NCBI GenBank assembly: GCA_012295275.1
Contig: CM022673.1
Location: forward strand, 10,230,001 to 10,294,000
Direction: 5' to 3'
From: Chrysomallon squamiferum
Lineage: Eukaryota; Animalia; Mollusca
DNA: 64,000 nucleotides
Part shown: piece by piece, positions 1 to 59,300 of the stretch
Numbering within the stretch: position 1 is the first letter of the stretch
Layout of the letters: each line of letters begins with the position of its first letter
The notes under the pieces: model-generated
What the model was told of the DNA's origin: nothing
The model's input: only the letters and a program-made list of their open reading frames with translations
Databases searched by the model: none
Position numbers and translations under genes: made by a program

Positions 1-30
1 AGAATCTTACGTATTAACATCGTACTTCCA

Positions 31-172
31 AAATACTTTATAACATAATTTAAGAACGATTTAACTGAATTGAAATTACGCAAAATCTTAACCTGGACGT
101 TATAGATATCTGTAAATTTGTCACTTACACAATCACTGACAGCTCAGTTGCTTTCAACGGTCGATTTATCCA
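31..172. repeat. Dispersed intronic repeat, copy 1 (copy 2 at ~4603-4725)
   Basis: Shared blocks aaatactttataaca, ttgaaatta, agatatctgt, ttacacaatcactga, tcagttgctttcaac. Confidence 0.75.
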
Positions 173-1013
173 ACACCAGCAATTTTTGTTATCGGTTTTA
201 CCAGACATAGTAGTGTTTATTAGGAAGAGACAATAAAACAGGAGCAATAAAAACAAAAACTAATTCCAAACTTTTTATCACAAATACCGTTATAATCAAA
301 TACATCAGCAAAATAAAGAGGTGTAATCAAGAAAAAAAAGCACAAAATAAAAATCCCCTGTCATAAAAGCATCCATAGCAACAGTAAATGTAATTAAATT
401 AATTACGATAAACACACTAGCAACAAAAACAGAACAAAAAGAAAATGAAGGCATGCAGAATTAACGATAACAGAAACCTTCAAAACATTTTCTTTGAAGT
501 TCACAAGAAAATAAAATATTTTTATCCTTTTGCGTTCCTTATAAGTAAGTCGCCAATTGATTTTTTTGTTAAAATACTGTTATTAATTTTAGAATAAGCA
601 GTAATCTACTGCCATACTGTTATCCGGTTAATTATATATAATTATACAAATATGCCAGTGTGATGATTGTCAGTGCTTTGATGTTGTTGTTTGTTTTTTT
701 TGGGGTTTTTTTTTTTTTATTCTTTTTTGTTTGTTTTCTTTTTTGTTCTTTTGTTTTTTCTTTTTTTTTTTTTTTTTTTGTAAATTTTTTTTCTGTCGTT
801 TTTATTTTTTTTTTTTTTATTTTTTTATTTTTTTTTTTTTTTTTCTTTTTTTTTTTTTCTTGTCGTTTTTTTTTTTTTTTTTTTCGATTATTTTTTTTTT
901 GTTTGTTTTTTGTTTTTGTTGTTTTGTTTTCCTCACATCTTCATACATATTTACAAGCAAATATATATTCATACATACATATATACATACACACATTGAT
1001 GTATACATACATA

Positions 1014-1063
<50 letters not shown>

Positions 1064-1235
1064 CTACATACATACATAAACAACAATACATAATTATCTA
1101 GAACCAAGATGCAATTAATACCAAATAATTATTATTACCCCAGGCTTTTGTATCGCCTCAGCTTACAAATATATGAGACATGAATATTAAAACACATTTC
1201 ACGTCATATTTTATATAAGATTATTGAAAATACAG

Positions 1236-8457
<7,222 letters not shown>

Positions 8458-8949
8458 ATAGCCGAGATGTACGCACATGCGCAGTGAACGCACCCGGAGT
8501 GAGACGTTACGTCATCTCGTATCACATGGATACCATACATTCCTCTGCCTTTTCGCCTTAAAATTAACTGTTTTTTTTTTTTTTATCAGAAAATACAGTT
8601 TATGAGATATTCAATGTTGATCGTTTGTGTATGTGAGAAATTTTTAATGACCAAATCCTATTACTTCACGAAATGTGTATTTATGTTAAGACTGGTAAAT
8701 TCAACAAATTTATTTCCATATTTGACTGCGAAACAGGAAGAAATAAAAAAAAATTGCTACATTTAATGAGGTTTTTTTTTTTTTTTTTATTTTATTTTAT
8801 TTTTTTTTTTTTTCTTTTGAAAAAGTTATTTCTTGAAGAAAATGTTGATAAAAATTTTTTTTTTTTTTTTTTTTTTTGTTACTTGAAAAAGTGTATGACC
8901 AAAACGGGTTTGCAGAAACGGGTTTTCGAAATTATGATTTTAATTCATA

Positions 8950-9078
<129 letters not shown>

Positions 9079-10292
9079 TTTGAATATAAATAGTACTGTT
9101 ACTTCTTCTGTATATAGTATTTGTCATTTTACTGTTAATATTATAGGAAAATTATATATTATTACAGATTATAATTACAAACAATTACAGGTCTTCAACT
9201 AACACGCAAACAATTCATTAATAAGCATACACTGATTCGTCATGAATTTAACAAAACCACGCAGAAATTCCTGTTAATGTGCTTAATAATAATATTTGTC
9301 ATAGCGACCTCCGATAAGACTGAGAGACTGAACTGAATTTTTTACTTTTTATTCGTTCTTTCATTCCTTTCTTCCTTTGTCTTTCTTTCTTTTATTTCGC
9401 AACTTTTTTCTTCTATTCTTTCTTTCTTTCTTTTCACTTATCTGCACTAAACACGCTCGTAACTCAATCAATAAATATCAAGCTGTAGTAGTCCTAATGC
9501 TTCTTAACTTATTTCTGCAAGTGTCACACAGTGCTGTGAAAAAAAAAAATACCAAAATTACAATAGTAATAATTATTATTGTACGATTTCAGAGTAACAT
9601 TAAAAATCAATTTTCTCAAATATTGAGATAATTAACAGTTGTCAAAAAAAAAAATTAATATCAGTTTGTACTTTTAATTGGCAACCGCTACAAAATAAAA
9701 AAAGTCTGTGTATCGATTTATTCATTTTTCGTTTTAGTAAAAAATTTCTTTTAATACACAGTTTAGACGTGACGGTATTAAAATTAGATTACTTTTCTTT
9801 GTTAGATTTTTTATTTTTTATTTTTTATTATTTTATATTTTATTATTATATTTTTATTATTAGTAGTAAGTAGTATTTTTTTTATTTTTAAATTTTTTTT
9901 ATTTATTTTTTTTTTTTTTTTTTTTACTCTATATTCAAAATTTTAAAATGCAGAAAAAAGGTAAACAATGATTATAATAATTTTATAAATTTTAAATTTT
10001 ATTTTATTTATATTTATGTATACCTGTTTCTTCTAATTAGCCATCAGCCTCTATTTTTTTAAAGGTGTGACGTAGTAGATATGACGGTTTCATTACCTGT
10101 AAGAAAGAATGGACAATTCTGTACATTGTTATAATTTCATTTTAAATGAACATTCCATATACAGAAATAAAAATAAAAATTAATGCTAACTGCAGGAAAA
10201 AATATACAGATGTCTGTGTGTGTGTGTGTGTGAGTGTGTTTTTTTATTTGTATCTTTCTATTTATCTGTCTATCTATCTATCTATCTTTCCA

Positions 10293-10388
<96 letters not shown>

Positions 10389-10400
10389 TAGATACATAAA

Positions 10401-10446
<46 letters not shown>

Positions 10447-11389
10447 TATATAATAATCATCATATTTCTTTAACTGTGATTGTAAAACATATATACTAAG
10501 TTATGATGACTAGGTGTGTTTGTTACAGTAATTATGTACTATTATCTTCTTTTTTAAAGAACATATTAATAAATTAAATTTTATCACTTTTAAATGTTAT
10601 TTATTAATATTCAAAAATAATATGAATAATAAATGTTTGTATGTGTGTATGAAGTCCTATGTACTGATGTGTATGTATGTATACGTATGTTTGTGAATAT
10701 GTATACATATTTAGGTATGTTCATGAATAATGTACATATCTATATACACGATATATTAATGCGCTTACTGAATAAATATTAATTAAAACTGCAGTAATAG
10801 GAAACTTGATGCACAACAACAAAGTCAAAGAATTAAAATAAATTTATATCATATACAAGTGATACAAAACATTAACAGTTTTCATTTCATTTAATGCTTT
10901 CTTTCTTTCCAAGTGCTTATTATATTATTTACATAATCTGCACGTGCACTGTATACACAGATATGAGTATGTGAGAAAAAGACCCCATTAAAACAGCATA
11001 AATGTACGAGAAAAAGGCAAAAAGATGTATTAACAAAGAGTCGAATAATACAAAAATTATCAACAATAGCTTGCAGATTTATTTTCAGGACGTTTAATGT
11101 CCTGAAATAATTAGACATTAGAAAATAAAAAAATAAAAAAAATAAAAAATCGAGAACTAAGCAAAACATCTCAAGGGACAGGCTAGTTGCAGTTTCAAGA
11201 AACTAAAAGTAAAATGCATCGGATCGATGACAGTAATACGAGAGAAATCGTAGCATGGCAAGTAAACATTAGCTATTTTGTTTTAGAAAAAAAAAAACAG
11301 TGTATAAAAATATGTCAGACACGGTTTGCATGATTCAAACCATAATGTGTGATGGCGTAGGTTCAGATCTGATGTTTACATACAAACAA

Positions 11390-11421
<32 letters not shown>

Positions 11422-12325
11422 ACACACAAACATACACACACAGTCACACACACACACACACACACACACATACATACATATATACATACATACATACATG
11501 CAGTCATAATCATAAGCACATATACATAAAGGTTGTTATGGAATAAACCATAACTGATTTGCTTTGACAGAATAACTGAAATAAAGGAATAAAGTCTAAG
11601 AAAAATTGACAAATAGAATAGAAACAGTTTCAAAATGGAATTATCCTAATCCACAAATCAATTAATGAATTTCAATAGAATAAGTATTTAATGCAATGTA
11701 TTTTAATTCATGAATATTAAAATACGCAATAGATAGAAGTCATAGAAAACCATCATCGATGTATTCTACAGAATCGTCATGGTGTGAGAAAATAGCTAAG
11801 ACTTTAGTATTATCATCCTTCCAATTCATTTTATATAACATACTTAGTTTTGAAAAAAAAAGGTATTTCTGGACTAGAACTATTCAATATAATAAAATAG
11901 AAAAATGGTTACAGTAACTGTCAATATCCTTTTAATTAGACTAGAAGATTGGTTAGGTAGAATGTAAGCAATTTCTGTCCTCTGCGTGGTTTGTTTTGTT
12001 CAAGCTTATTGGAAATTCGTCGCGTGAATAGTAGTTCATCGCTTTCTCAAGACAGAGAAGAACAGGGATCGAAATTCGTTTTGATTATCAAACTGTAACC
12101 ATGAACACGTAGCTGAGAAGGAGTTTAAACGTAAGTCAAGTCAATGGAAATCGTCTTTTGAAACACAAAGTAATGTACTAGCTTCAGGTTATGGCAAATT
12201 GTTCGTCATTTGGTGGAAAAAGGAAAAAACACAGACCTGTTTTAAACAGACACTGGCAGAGGAAAATAAAAGCTTTTGTTTGTAGTTTAAAACTATTAAA
12301 GAAAAAATAATGCGTATTTTGACTG

Positions 12326-12367
<42 letters not shown>

Positions 12368-13077
12368 TGCACATATATCAGGTTTGCATCATTTACTCTT
12401 TATCATGATTTTTTGTATCTTAGGGATGTCATTAACATCGACTGTTTACTGATTTACAATAACAGGACAATCTCTTTTGCTTTTTATATATATATATATA
12501 TAGTGTCTTTGTTGATGCCTTTGCTTCGAGTCAATGATATATATATATATATATAAACACACACACACACATACATACATACACACGTACTCACACTCAC
12601 ACAACACACATACACATATATTATTATTATATATCTAAGTTGGAAGGAATCAAAATGGACGTAACGCATTGCAGCTTGGGACAGTTCTCACAAACTGATG
12701 ACGTCAGAGGCAACAAGCAATAAAATGGGACTGCAAAAATACCAAAGTTAGATAAAAAGGTGAAGAAAACAATTTTTCTCACAGGAACTTTTCTTCTAAG
12801 TTGGAGATCTTTCAATATAAAACTGCAAAAATAGCAGCTCTTTTAAGTCAACAGATTCCATGTGTAAATATACGTACATATAAAATCCATATGAGTAATT
12901 AACAAGTAAACAGATAACTAGGCTAAACACACATACAGGCACACATGCTCTAACAAAATGCATCAATGAAACTAATAATATATCACAAAACGACCATAAC
13001 GGACATAGAAATTGGAATATTTTTAATTATTATACATATTTTACAGTTCAAATCTTACATATTTAGTGTACATAGCA

Positions 13078-13113
<36 letters not shown>

Positions 13114-13659
13114 TAAAAAAAACAATAATTATATATACATTATTATATAACAATTACATATTTTTGTACATATTTTACGAAAAACATTTAAAAGTGTTAT
13201 TAGACTGTCGAGATAATTAAGCAAATGCGTAAAATAATTTTATTATATGAAGCAGATTTTGTACATTTTTCATTTATAATTTGGTTTATATGTACAACCA
13301 TATCTAACCATTTGTTACATTCAAATCAAATCAAATTAAAAAAAAAAAATTAAAAACAAATTTGTGCTGAACAATCTGTATTCATGAATATTTCAATGTG
13401 TTTGCATGTGTATGTGTGAGTATACGTTTATATTTGTATATGAATATGTATATGTGGATGTCTTGTATGTAATTACATATATATATATATATTATGTATT
13501 TATACATATAATTATATATGTATATAGGTTTAGGTATATATGATTGGGTGTATGTGCATGTCTATGTGTAGGTAGGTATGTATATGTATATTAATAAATA
13601 TATGAATGTATGTATGTATTTGTGTGTATGTATGTATGAATGTTCGTATGCTTCAAAGA

Positions 13660-13829
13660 TTACATCTGTTTCTCTGTCTGTCTGTATGTGTATATGTATA
13701 TATATGTTTTCGTTTGACTTATTAAGTATACAAGTATTTATTTTATCATACACATATTTATCTCTGAAAGAAGTTATTCACCGAGTCACAAACTGCGGAT
13801 TGTGACATACATTAAACCACACGTATTCA
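13660..13829. repeat. Dispersed repeat copy A (copy B at 30621-30778)
   Basis: Shared core aagtatttattttatcatacacatattt.tctctgaaagaag..attcacc.agtcaca.actgcggatt.tgacatacat. Confidence 0.88.
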
Positions 13830-13987
13830 CAAACACGTATTCACACACACATACACACACACAGAGAGACACAAACACACACACAGAGACACAAACACAC
13901 ATACATACACACACTCACTCACACATACACACACTCACTCACACACAAATACAGACACACACTCACTCACACACAAACACACACTCA

Positions 13988-14030
<43 letters not shown>

Positions 14031-14694
14031 TCACAGTACGAAATGACTGAAATTACCGACAGAACACTAGCTAAGCAAATTACAGCCAGCATTAACATAG
14101 CCTGGGTTTTAATAATTCTTTTTATTACTTGCATAGATTTTTTATTGCTGATACGTTTTATAATTTAATGTTTCTTTGGCTTAACACCATCTAATTTCTG
14201 TCCATAATAGAATCAATGGAAAATCTGATATATACGACACGAATAAAAGTGAAAAAAAAACCTACAAAAAAACTACAATGTTCATTTAAGAAATTTTAGT
14301 CACTAGGTAGTAAAATAAAAATAAATGAGGCGATAAAATTACAAAACAGACATAATTTTTATTTTAATGCTTTAGTGACGTCATTATCATAAATTCATTA
14401 AATGTTTCTATAGACGTCTTGGAAAATAAATAGAGATAACATGACTGTTACGACGTTTTTCATTAAAGGCTTCTACTGACGGTGCAATTTTAGTAACCTT
14501 TATATTTTTATATATCAGTTGTCTCGCATTGATCAATAACAACATAATCACAGAACGCATTATAAACAAATCGTAGAATAAAAAAATGTCAACATTTCTG
14601 AAATATAATACATGTCGGGCAGAATAATTCTATTTTTAAGGTAATTTGATTCCAGCGAAAAGAAATAAAATATCGTTTTTATTCTTAAACGAAA

Positions 14695-14776
<82 letters not shown>

Positions 14777-15252
14777 TTTAACCTGTATATATGTAAACTT
14801 CTAGAAATAAGAAAATAATATATGAAAACTTTCTATTAAATGTACGCAGTAATACAAAATATTTAAATGCATGACGTTATAGGGGAACGTAAAATGTAAA
14901 TTGTGTGCTTAATAATAATAATAATAATAATAATAACAACAACAACAATAATCATAATCATAAAAATCGTCATAATCTTCTTCATCATAATACTAATAAT
15001 AGTTATAATAATAATAAAAAAAATCATCATCATCATCTTCATAATAATAATAATAACAATAATAACAATAATAATCATAATCATAATAATCATCATAATC
15101 TTCTTCATCATAATACTAATAATAGTTATAATAATAATAATAAAAAAACATCATCATCATCTTCATAATAATAATAATAATAAAATGAAGAAAAAAAAAA
15201 AGAAAAAAAAATCATCACTTTTATATATTTCAGTTTAATATGGATGTCTCGT

Positions 15253-28876
<13,624 letters not shown>

Positions 28877-29022
28877 TTTCAAAACTATGAATGTTTAAGC
28901 GACGGAGTTGTATCTGGCGTGAACAACGACTACCGTGACTCCAGAGGGGTGACGTTCAGACATACATCCAGACTTGAAAAGAATCAGTGAGACTTTAATC
29001 TCGAACTCCGCTTTGCCACTGT

Positions 29023-29032
29023 CTTTATATAG
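29023..29032 (-). promoter_or_regulatory. TATA box of the SR-C-like gene
   Basis: Minus strand reads CTATATAAAG, ~150 nt upstream of the signal-peptide ATG, in a locally GC-richer island. Confidence 0.6.
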
Positions 29033-29316
29033 CGAACGTAACTGAAAGCAAACATGGCGCCCCACTCCCAGGAAGTGGACCGACTAGTTACTTAACTTCT
29101 TCGTGCAACTCGACCCAACCACACTTAGAATAATCGTTGACAAGTATTTTATTTGTGAAACGGCTAAGAGGGTAACGGCAATCTGCAAAAACTACGTTTT
29201 GTGAGAAGTCGCTCATTATGTCCTTAAAACTGTGAACGTTTATTACACTACACTCGTATTTTGTGGGGTTTTTTCTGTGTTTTTTTGTCTGTTTCACAGT
29301 TTCTTTCTCTCTTTCG

Positions 29317-30100
<784 letters not shown>

Positions 30101-30620
30101 CTGAGAGAGAAAGAGCGAGAGAGATAGTTAAAAAAAAGGCAGAGAGAGAGAGTTAGATTGTTGCTAATAATTATTCTTATCTCCAGAATAGGTCGTCTGA
30201 CCTGCTACTAACAGAAATTTGATAGATCGGAAAAAAACTGAAGTTTCTAATAAACAACGAGGAAACCAGAGTTGTTTTCCTCTCTTAAGATATAAAATTT
30301 CCTATTTAAAACTCATTATATGGTGTTTGTTTTGTTCCTTTTGGTTTTTAGATGATTCAACTAATATCAATTTTAAAAAATTTAATTTTATGACAATAGC
30401 ATATAATTATGTACTCAAGTGTTCAGTGGTAAAAGTAATGATACCAAAGTAAGCAGAGAAAATGTTGGCCATGGTCCAAGATTAAAAAATGTGTGTATAT
30501 GTACAGATATATATGTGTGTGTGTGTTTGTGTTTGTGTGTGTATGTATGTATGTATATACATGCATGCATACATACATACACATGTGTGTGGGTGTATGT
30601 GTGTATGTATGTATAAACGG

Positions 30621-30778
30621 TTATATCTGTTTCTCTACCTGACTGTGTAGTTGTTTGACTATTTAGGTATATAAGTATTTATTTTATCATACACATATTT
30701 GTCTCTGAAAGAAGGCATTCACCAAGTCACATACTGCGGATTATGACATACATCATTATTCATAAACGCACGTATTCA
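30621..30778. repeat. Dispersed repeat copy B (direct orientation to 13660-13829)
   Basis: Same core as copy A. Confidence 0.88.
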
Positions 30779-30894
30779 TGTAGGCATGCATGTATTTATG
30801 TATGTATGTATGTATCTATATATGTATGTATGTATGTATGTGTGTGTGTGTGTTTGTGTGCATGTGTGTGTGTGTTATTGTGTGTGTTACTGTA

Positions 30895-30929
<35 letters not shown>

Positions 30930-31289
30930 GTGTGGTGGTGGATTCCCTCTGTTGAGTTCAGTGACCACCAAGTTAATACGACATGCAGATATGATGTCAA
31001 GTTTAACCTAAGGCTAACCTTTATATTTATTTATTTTTATTGGGTCAGGTCAGAATTACAATTAACCCTTAAACCGTCGAATATCCGTTTCCTTTCGTTT
31101 GAGAAATTAAAAACAATTACAACTCAAAACAACTCTGTCTGTTTCCTTTCTCCTTGTACTTATCGCTGAAAAGCTTTCAAATCAAAAAACTAAATGCCTA
31201 AGTATCTTCATTGAACATACAGTGTTGTTAATTCTTTATTTATTCTCTATCTTTCTATCTTATGTGTTATGTGTGTGGGTGTGTGTTTG

Positions 31290-31371
<82 letters not shown>

Positions 31372-31474
31372 CGTGTGTGTGAGTGTATAAATATATATAT
31401 ATAACAGAAATATAGACCAATTATATATCTTTGTTTTTCTCTTATACTGTGTCTACATGATTGTCTATTTATCT

Positions 31475-31592
<118 letters not shown>

Positions 31593-31930
31593 CATTTCTC
31601 TATTTGACTTTAACCAAACAATTTCAAATACAACCAGACATTTTTTTTTATCGAATTGTTAGCTTCTTGTCTAAATATAAATCTTTCTACAAACATTTGT
31701 GTTGTTCTTCTGCATTTTAATGAGGAGACGATCAATGGAAGACAACATGCCGCAAAAACAATGCGCGAATACAATCATTTGACTGACAGAACATCCCCTG
31801 GTTAATTAGAAGAAAAAAATTGACATTTTCTTAAAGTAGGTCTACTGTTATTGTGTTAAATATGGTATTGGGCGGCCACACCCAATAGTGTCTTGTTGAA
31901 CTTCATGTGTATGTCTGTCTTTCTACTTGT

Positions 31931-31971
<41 letters not shown>

Positions 31972-32149
31972 AATAAGGGTATGTTGTTATTATGTGATAT
32001 ATACATGATATATAACGGCCACAGCTAATGTTACATTATCTTCAAGAAAGACACAAGACACAAAAATGCGTGTGTGTATGTGTGCGTGTCTGGGTATGTG
32101 CTTCATTAAATAATAGTAATAATAATAATAATCGTAGTAGTAATAATAA

Positions 32150-32212
<63 letters not shown>

Positions 32213-32236
32213 CGGATGCACTAGTAGTAGTAGTAA

Positions 32237-32293
<57 letters not shown>

Positions 32294-33264
32294 CCAGAAT
32301 AGTAGTTGTTGTTGTTGTAATAATATTGATAATAATCTCTGTCTACAAGACCAGTGGTACATATTTGTGTTCCCAGGCAGTTTAAATATAATTATGAAGA
32401 TCAAATTACCTATGATTATAGACATTTATCTAATCAGTACGATACATGAATATCTCATTTGGTCAGTGAACTGGTTGTTTTCAATTATTAAATTCCTGAC
32501 ACATTTCTGAAAAAAAAAAAAAATTTTTTTTTTTTAAAATGTCCATGGCGGAGGTACTTGGATCTTGCATTTAATTATTTCAAATAATTAGAGTGGAATA
32601 AACAAAATTTGAAATGTTCTTTAAAACAGTGACTACGCCTGTTTAAGTGGACAAACTGATAAACAGATACTGTGCTGTGCTCATAGGAAGAACGTATAAT
32701 ATTTAATGAACATTTCAACACATTTTGTTTTTAAAACTAATAGAAGTGCCAAAGAACGACACTTGTTTACATTATTATAAGTGGATATTAGATACAAAAA
32801 AATGTTAGGCTATTATTACAGTTAACGATATTGTAAATAAATAATAATTGTTCAGAGACGCTATAATTTACTTAAACTTCACAGAGTACATTTTGTTGTT
32901 TCAGTTAATTTATTAAAATGCTGCTATTGTTTGTAACTGTGGCTGTCGTTATTTTAATGGAATATAACATGGTACTAATACTACTACTACTACCACCACT
33001 ACTTCTACTACTACTACTAGTACTCTTTCTTTCAATCTCTCTCGCTTTTTCTCTAGCTGTCTTTTTTGTTTTCTTTTTATTTATAATGCTACTCTTTTAA
33101 ATAATACATTTAAGATCTGCTATTCTTATATACAATTTTTTAAATTTTATTGAGCAATATATTAATAAATCAAAAAGACATTTATATGTAAATAACTAAA
33201 GTTATATATATATACAGGTATAGATATAGATATAGATGGATGGATATGTGTATGTGTATGTGTA

Positions 33265-33328
<64 letters not shown>

Positions 33329-33724
33329 TACAGTATATACTAAATTTTAATTACTCAAGGGAAATAACTGCAGTTTTACTCAATGCATACCGACTACAGA
33401 ACACTGAATCAGCATTTTATTACCGATTGGAGATACTGTCAATCAATTAATAAATAAACAACAAACAAACAAATAAAATAAATAAAGTGTAATATCCATC
33501 AAACGTCTACATTTATTTATTTCTAATCCAAAACAAGTCAAATCAAGAAGCAAATCTTTTTATTTTTCTGAATCAGTTGTTAAAAAATAACACAAATGAC
33601 GAATGAATAGTTACAAAGAATGAACGTGCATAGTTTATAATGTTAATTTTTATTATTTACATTTATATACATTTTTCAAAGAAAAAAGAAAAAAAGAACG
33701 AAAATAAATATTATTACTGTGAAG

Positions 33725-34440
33725 AACATACTTTAAAATACAGGAATTCGAATGATGTAACAAATTCAAATTTGAATAATGCAAAACTCTCAAATTTGAA
33801 TTATATAAGATGATTTTAATGATAAACGATATTAATATCTGGATGAATAATGAATCTTTAAAGATACTCTAATGTGCATGAGGTATTACAATTTGATTGA
33901 AGAACGTTCTTTACAAAGTATTCAAATCTGAATATTGCAAAATGAAACGGATATGATCAAATTTCACAGAGATACGAAATTCAGTCTGGATAAATGATTA
34001 TCTTACAATACATTCATTTGTATTATAAAATTTAACAGACACTCAGGCTAAGATGAAACTAGAATCATATATAAACTCAAATCTTATTACTACACTCAGA
34101 TTTTAATAATTAAAAAAAAAATTGATTATTTATTTAATACTAAAATGTGGATATTTGTACCATACAAATACATACTCAACTCTGAATGGAATAATTATGA
34201 TAATAAGTTATGGGCAAAGCATTTAACATCCAAGATACTCAAATTTGAATCATATAAAATACTTGAATCTGGATGAAACAAGTAAGTTACAAGAAATCAA
34301 AATTTTGAATGATGTTTTCAGATATGAATACAACAGAACAAGTTAAGTCATAAATTTTTGATAAAATTCATGCAATGAAATAAAAATTCAATGAAAAATA
34401 TTTGGATGAAATGTGTACCGCAAAAATATTCAAGGTTATA
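33725..34440. repeat. Decayed array of an atactcaaatYtgRat motif with variable spacers
   Basis: Recurrent variants: aaattcaaatttgaat, actctcaaatttgaat, gtattcaaatctgaat, atactcaactctgaat, atactcaaatttgaat, atacttgaatctggat. Confidence 0.6.
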
Positions 34441-36387
34441 ATAAATTAACAAATCACATCCTTATTGTCGTTCTTCTTCTTTTAAATTTATTTGTTCATC
34501 GAATTTCAAATCTTAACATTTCTGATGTTATTTACAATCTGTAAATTAACTATATATATATGGCAATAATAAATACAATAAATAATATAAAAATTTTTTT
34601 AAATATCTTACAGTCATAAGTTTAATGATTAAAATTCGATTAATCATTAGTTTGACTAGCAGCTGGGGAAAGAAAGAAAAACAATATTAGACTAGCATAC
34701 GTTCTAACTGAACAACTAAACCCGGCTTGAATTTTCTTTTTTCTTTTTGTTTTTTAACTGTTAGCGTTTTAAACTGATGAAAAGTAAAATAGTACAACTG
34801 GTTTACTATTTAATTCATATGATATACAGTAATCTTTTTTTCAAATTAAAATAACACTTGCTAGCACAAGGGAAATTATATTATCACATCAACATAATCC
34901 ATCGGTTTACACATTTCCTTTAAGATGGTTAATTTAAAGACGTGATGGAATTAATAATTTGTTGAAGAGATGCGATTATCAGAGTAGATATATTGTTTGC
35001 CAGTGTCTACGTACACGTGCATTTAACAATGGCATGCATACTCACCGTGCATTCGCTTTTTAACTAAAGCTTAAACACACAAACATTAAACTGACTTGGA
35101 CACACAACCAAGGCGCCTTAAACAAAATAATACAAGAAAGATTTAAAAATGTGACTGATTTATAAATAGCTATGTCTTTCTTTATAGCTACTGATGGCAT
35201 GACGACAGCTCTGTTGGTGATGATATGGATATTGGTTGTGTAACTCAAAAAGGAAAAGAAATATAACTTGGATCTCTTACTACTAATTGTTTATAATTCA
35301 TTTTGCTCTCTAAAGTTAATTTACTTGTTAAAAATCCACAACAGTCTAAAAAATTATATTCCTAAATTGTTATTATCATTATATCGTTGATATGTTCAAG
35401 GGTCCATTGTATTCAGCGATTTATGATGTAGTTCTCAAAAAATAATAATTAATGAAGAAAAGTTATAATCAATTTCGATATGTTTTTTTGATAACATGGA
35501 TGTACAAATTGTTAGTTCATATATTTAGGACCATCACAGTTTTATTAAGAGCTACGTAGTTTATCAGATACTTTACATATTTTTATTACAGTAATGAAAA
35601 ATATGATATCTTTGTCACTATCATTTCTACATATGACACACATCTACATACGTAAATAATAAAATAAAAATTCACATCTTATACAATCTATTTTCTATTA
35701 ATATTACTTTCTATGGCATTATCTGCAGTTTGGTCCACAGTGGAAAACAGAATCACACACAACAAAATCACTTTTATCATGTAATGCGAATCAGCTATTA
35801 CATTTCTGAATGATTCTACTGCTGCTACCGCTGCAGTTGTTGTAACTGCTGCTGCTGCTGTTCGTGATGATCACGCAGTCATTTCAGTGTTCTGGGTTGT
35901 GCATGTAGTGGAAGTTTATTGGAATCATTCTGGTAAAGGCCGATCAAGTTTTCCAGTTCTCCAAACTAAAAGAATAACTTATGTTGTTGTCCAAAGGTGT
36001 TAGCTCAAATGCATATGACGAGATTTCTTTTTATTCAGGAACATTGATCACTTTTTCAGAGATCTTTGGCGGTGAAGGGAAATAACTTGTCCTGGAAATT
36101 ATATTTTTAAAAATTAATATATAAAATACAGTTTTCAAATGCAGTTCTTTTTTTTTTTTTTTTTTCTTTTATTTAATTTATCTTTTATTTTTTTTTTTTT
36201 TTTTTAAATCTAAGTTCATAAAATATTTTATCAATGCAATTAATTTCAAATTAAACATGATGTTCCTGTAGTGGTTTAATTGTTATACTTCAGAATTTTC
36301 CGTGTCATTTAATATCTATGATTTATCTTGATGTGTATATTTTAGTTCTGTATACTATACAACTAATGATATTTACCCTAAAACAGT

Positions 36388-58316
<21,929 letters not shown>

Positions 58317-58552
58317 GCTGCGAGTCTAGCTGTGTACATATCTGTCAATAAGATGTTATTATTTCCAGTGAAAAAAAAAGTATCTTTCAAACGCAGGCTT
58401 TCATAGCAGGGTGTAACCAAACGGAGAGTGCAAACATGAAAGTTATGGGTGAATGTAGTTCTGTATAACTGTACGTAAAAACACGGAGAGATCGTGTGTG
58501 TGTGTGTGTGCAGACGTATATTACTGTATGTTCAAACACGGTATGTATGTAC

Positions 58553-58593
<41 letters not shown>

Positions 58594-58688
58594 CTCACGA
58601 TGATAATATGTAAAGGAAAGATTCTAACCTACTTTTTAAACATAATTAATGATGTCGGATGGATTTGGCAGGTGCATACAAACCGATT

Positions 58689-58719
<31 letters not shown>

Positions 58720-59219
58720 CAGAATATTGTATTTATTTGTAATGTGCATTTTTGTGTAGATGTACAAATATAAACTTGGATGGATGGATTCACTGATAGA
58801 CACTAGAGAGAGATATTATTGATACTAGATAACGTGAGATGGAAATAACTCAGTTAATTATATCTATAATAATTAACGGTAGTCTATTCAGTAAAGCAGT
58901 TACAGTATGTCATTGAAATAATAATTAATTCTTGAAAAACTAAATTCTGTTGTAAGTCGTGAATCAGAGTTTTAACACTCTGTTTATATTTCACATCGAT
59001 GAATCATGTCTTCTGTACAAATGATAAATAATCACCGTTACTTACGACAGATTGGGATTGTTTTAGATAATACTTTCATCTGAAACTGATACCTAACTTC
59101 ATTGCATTTCTCATCATGCTTTTAATTTATACACGAACACACGATATTGCGGGTCACGATGTTAAATTTATTGATATACATGTGCTGTATTTAAACTTTT
59201 TAAGGTGTATGTGGCAGTT

Positions 59220-59300
<81 letters not shown>

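Noticed and set aside
660-1107. Poly-Phe/Lys and YI-repeat ORFs (and the many SL/ER/II/NN/CV ORFs across the window)
   Set aside because: Translations of poly-T, (TA)n, (GA)n, (AAT)n and (TG)n simple repeats; no domain content or splice support.
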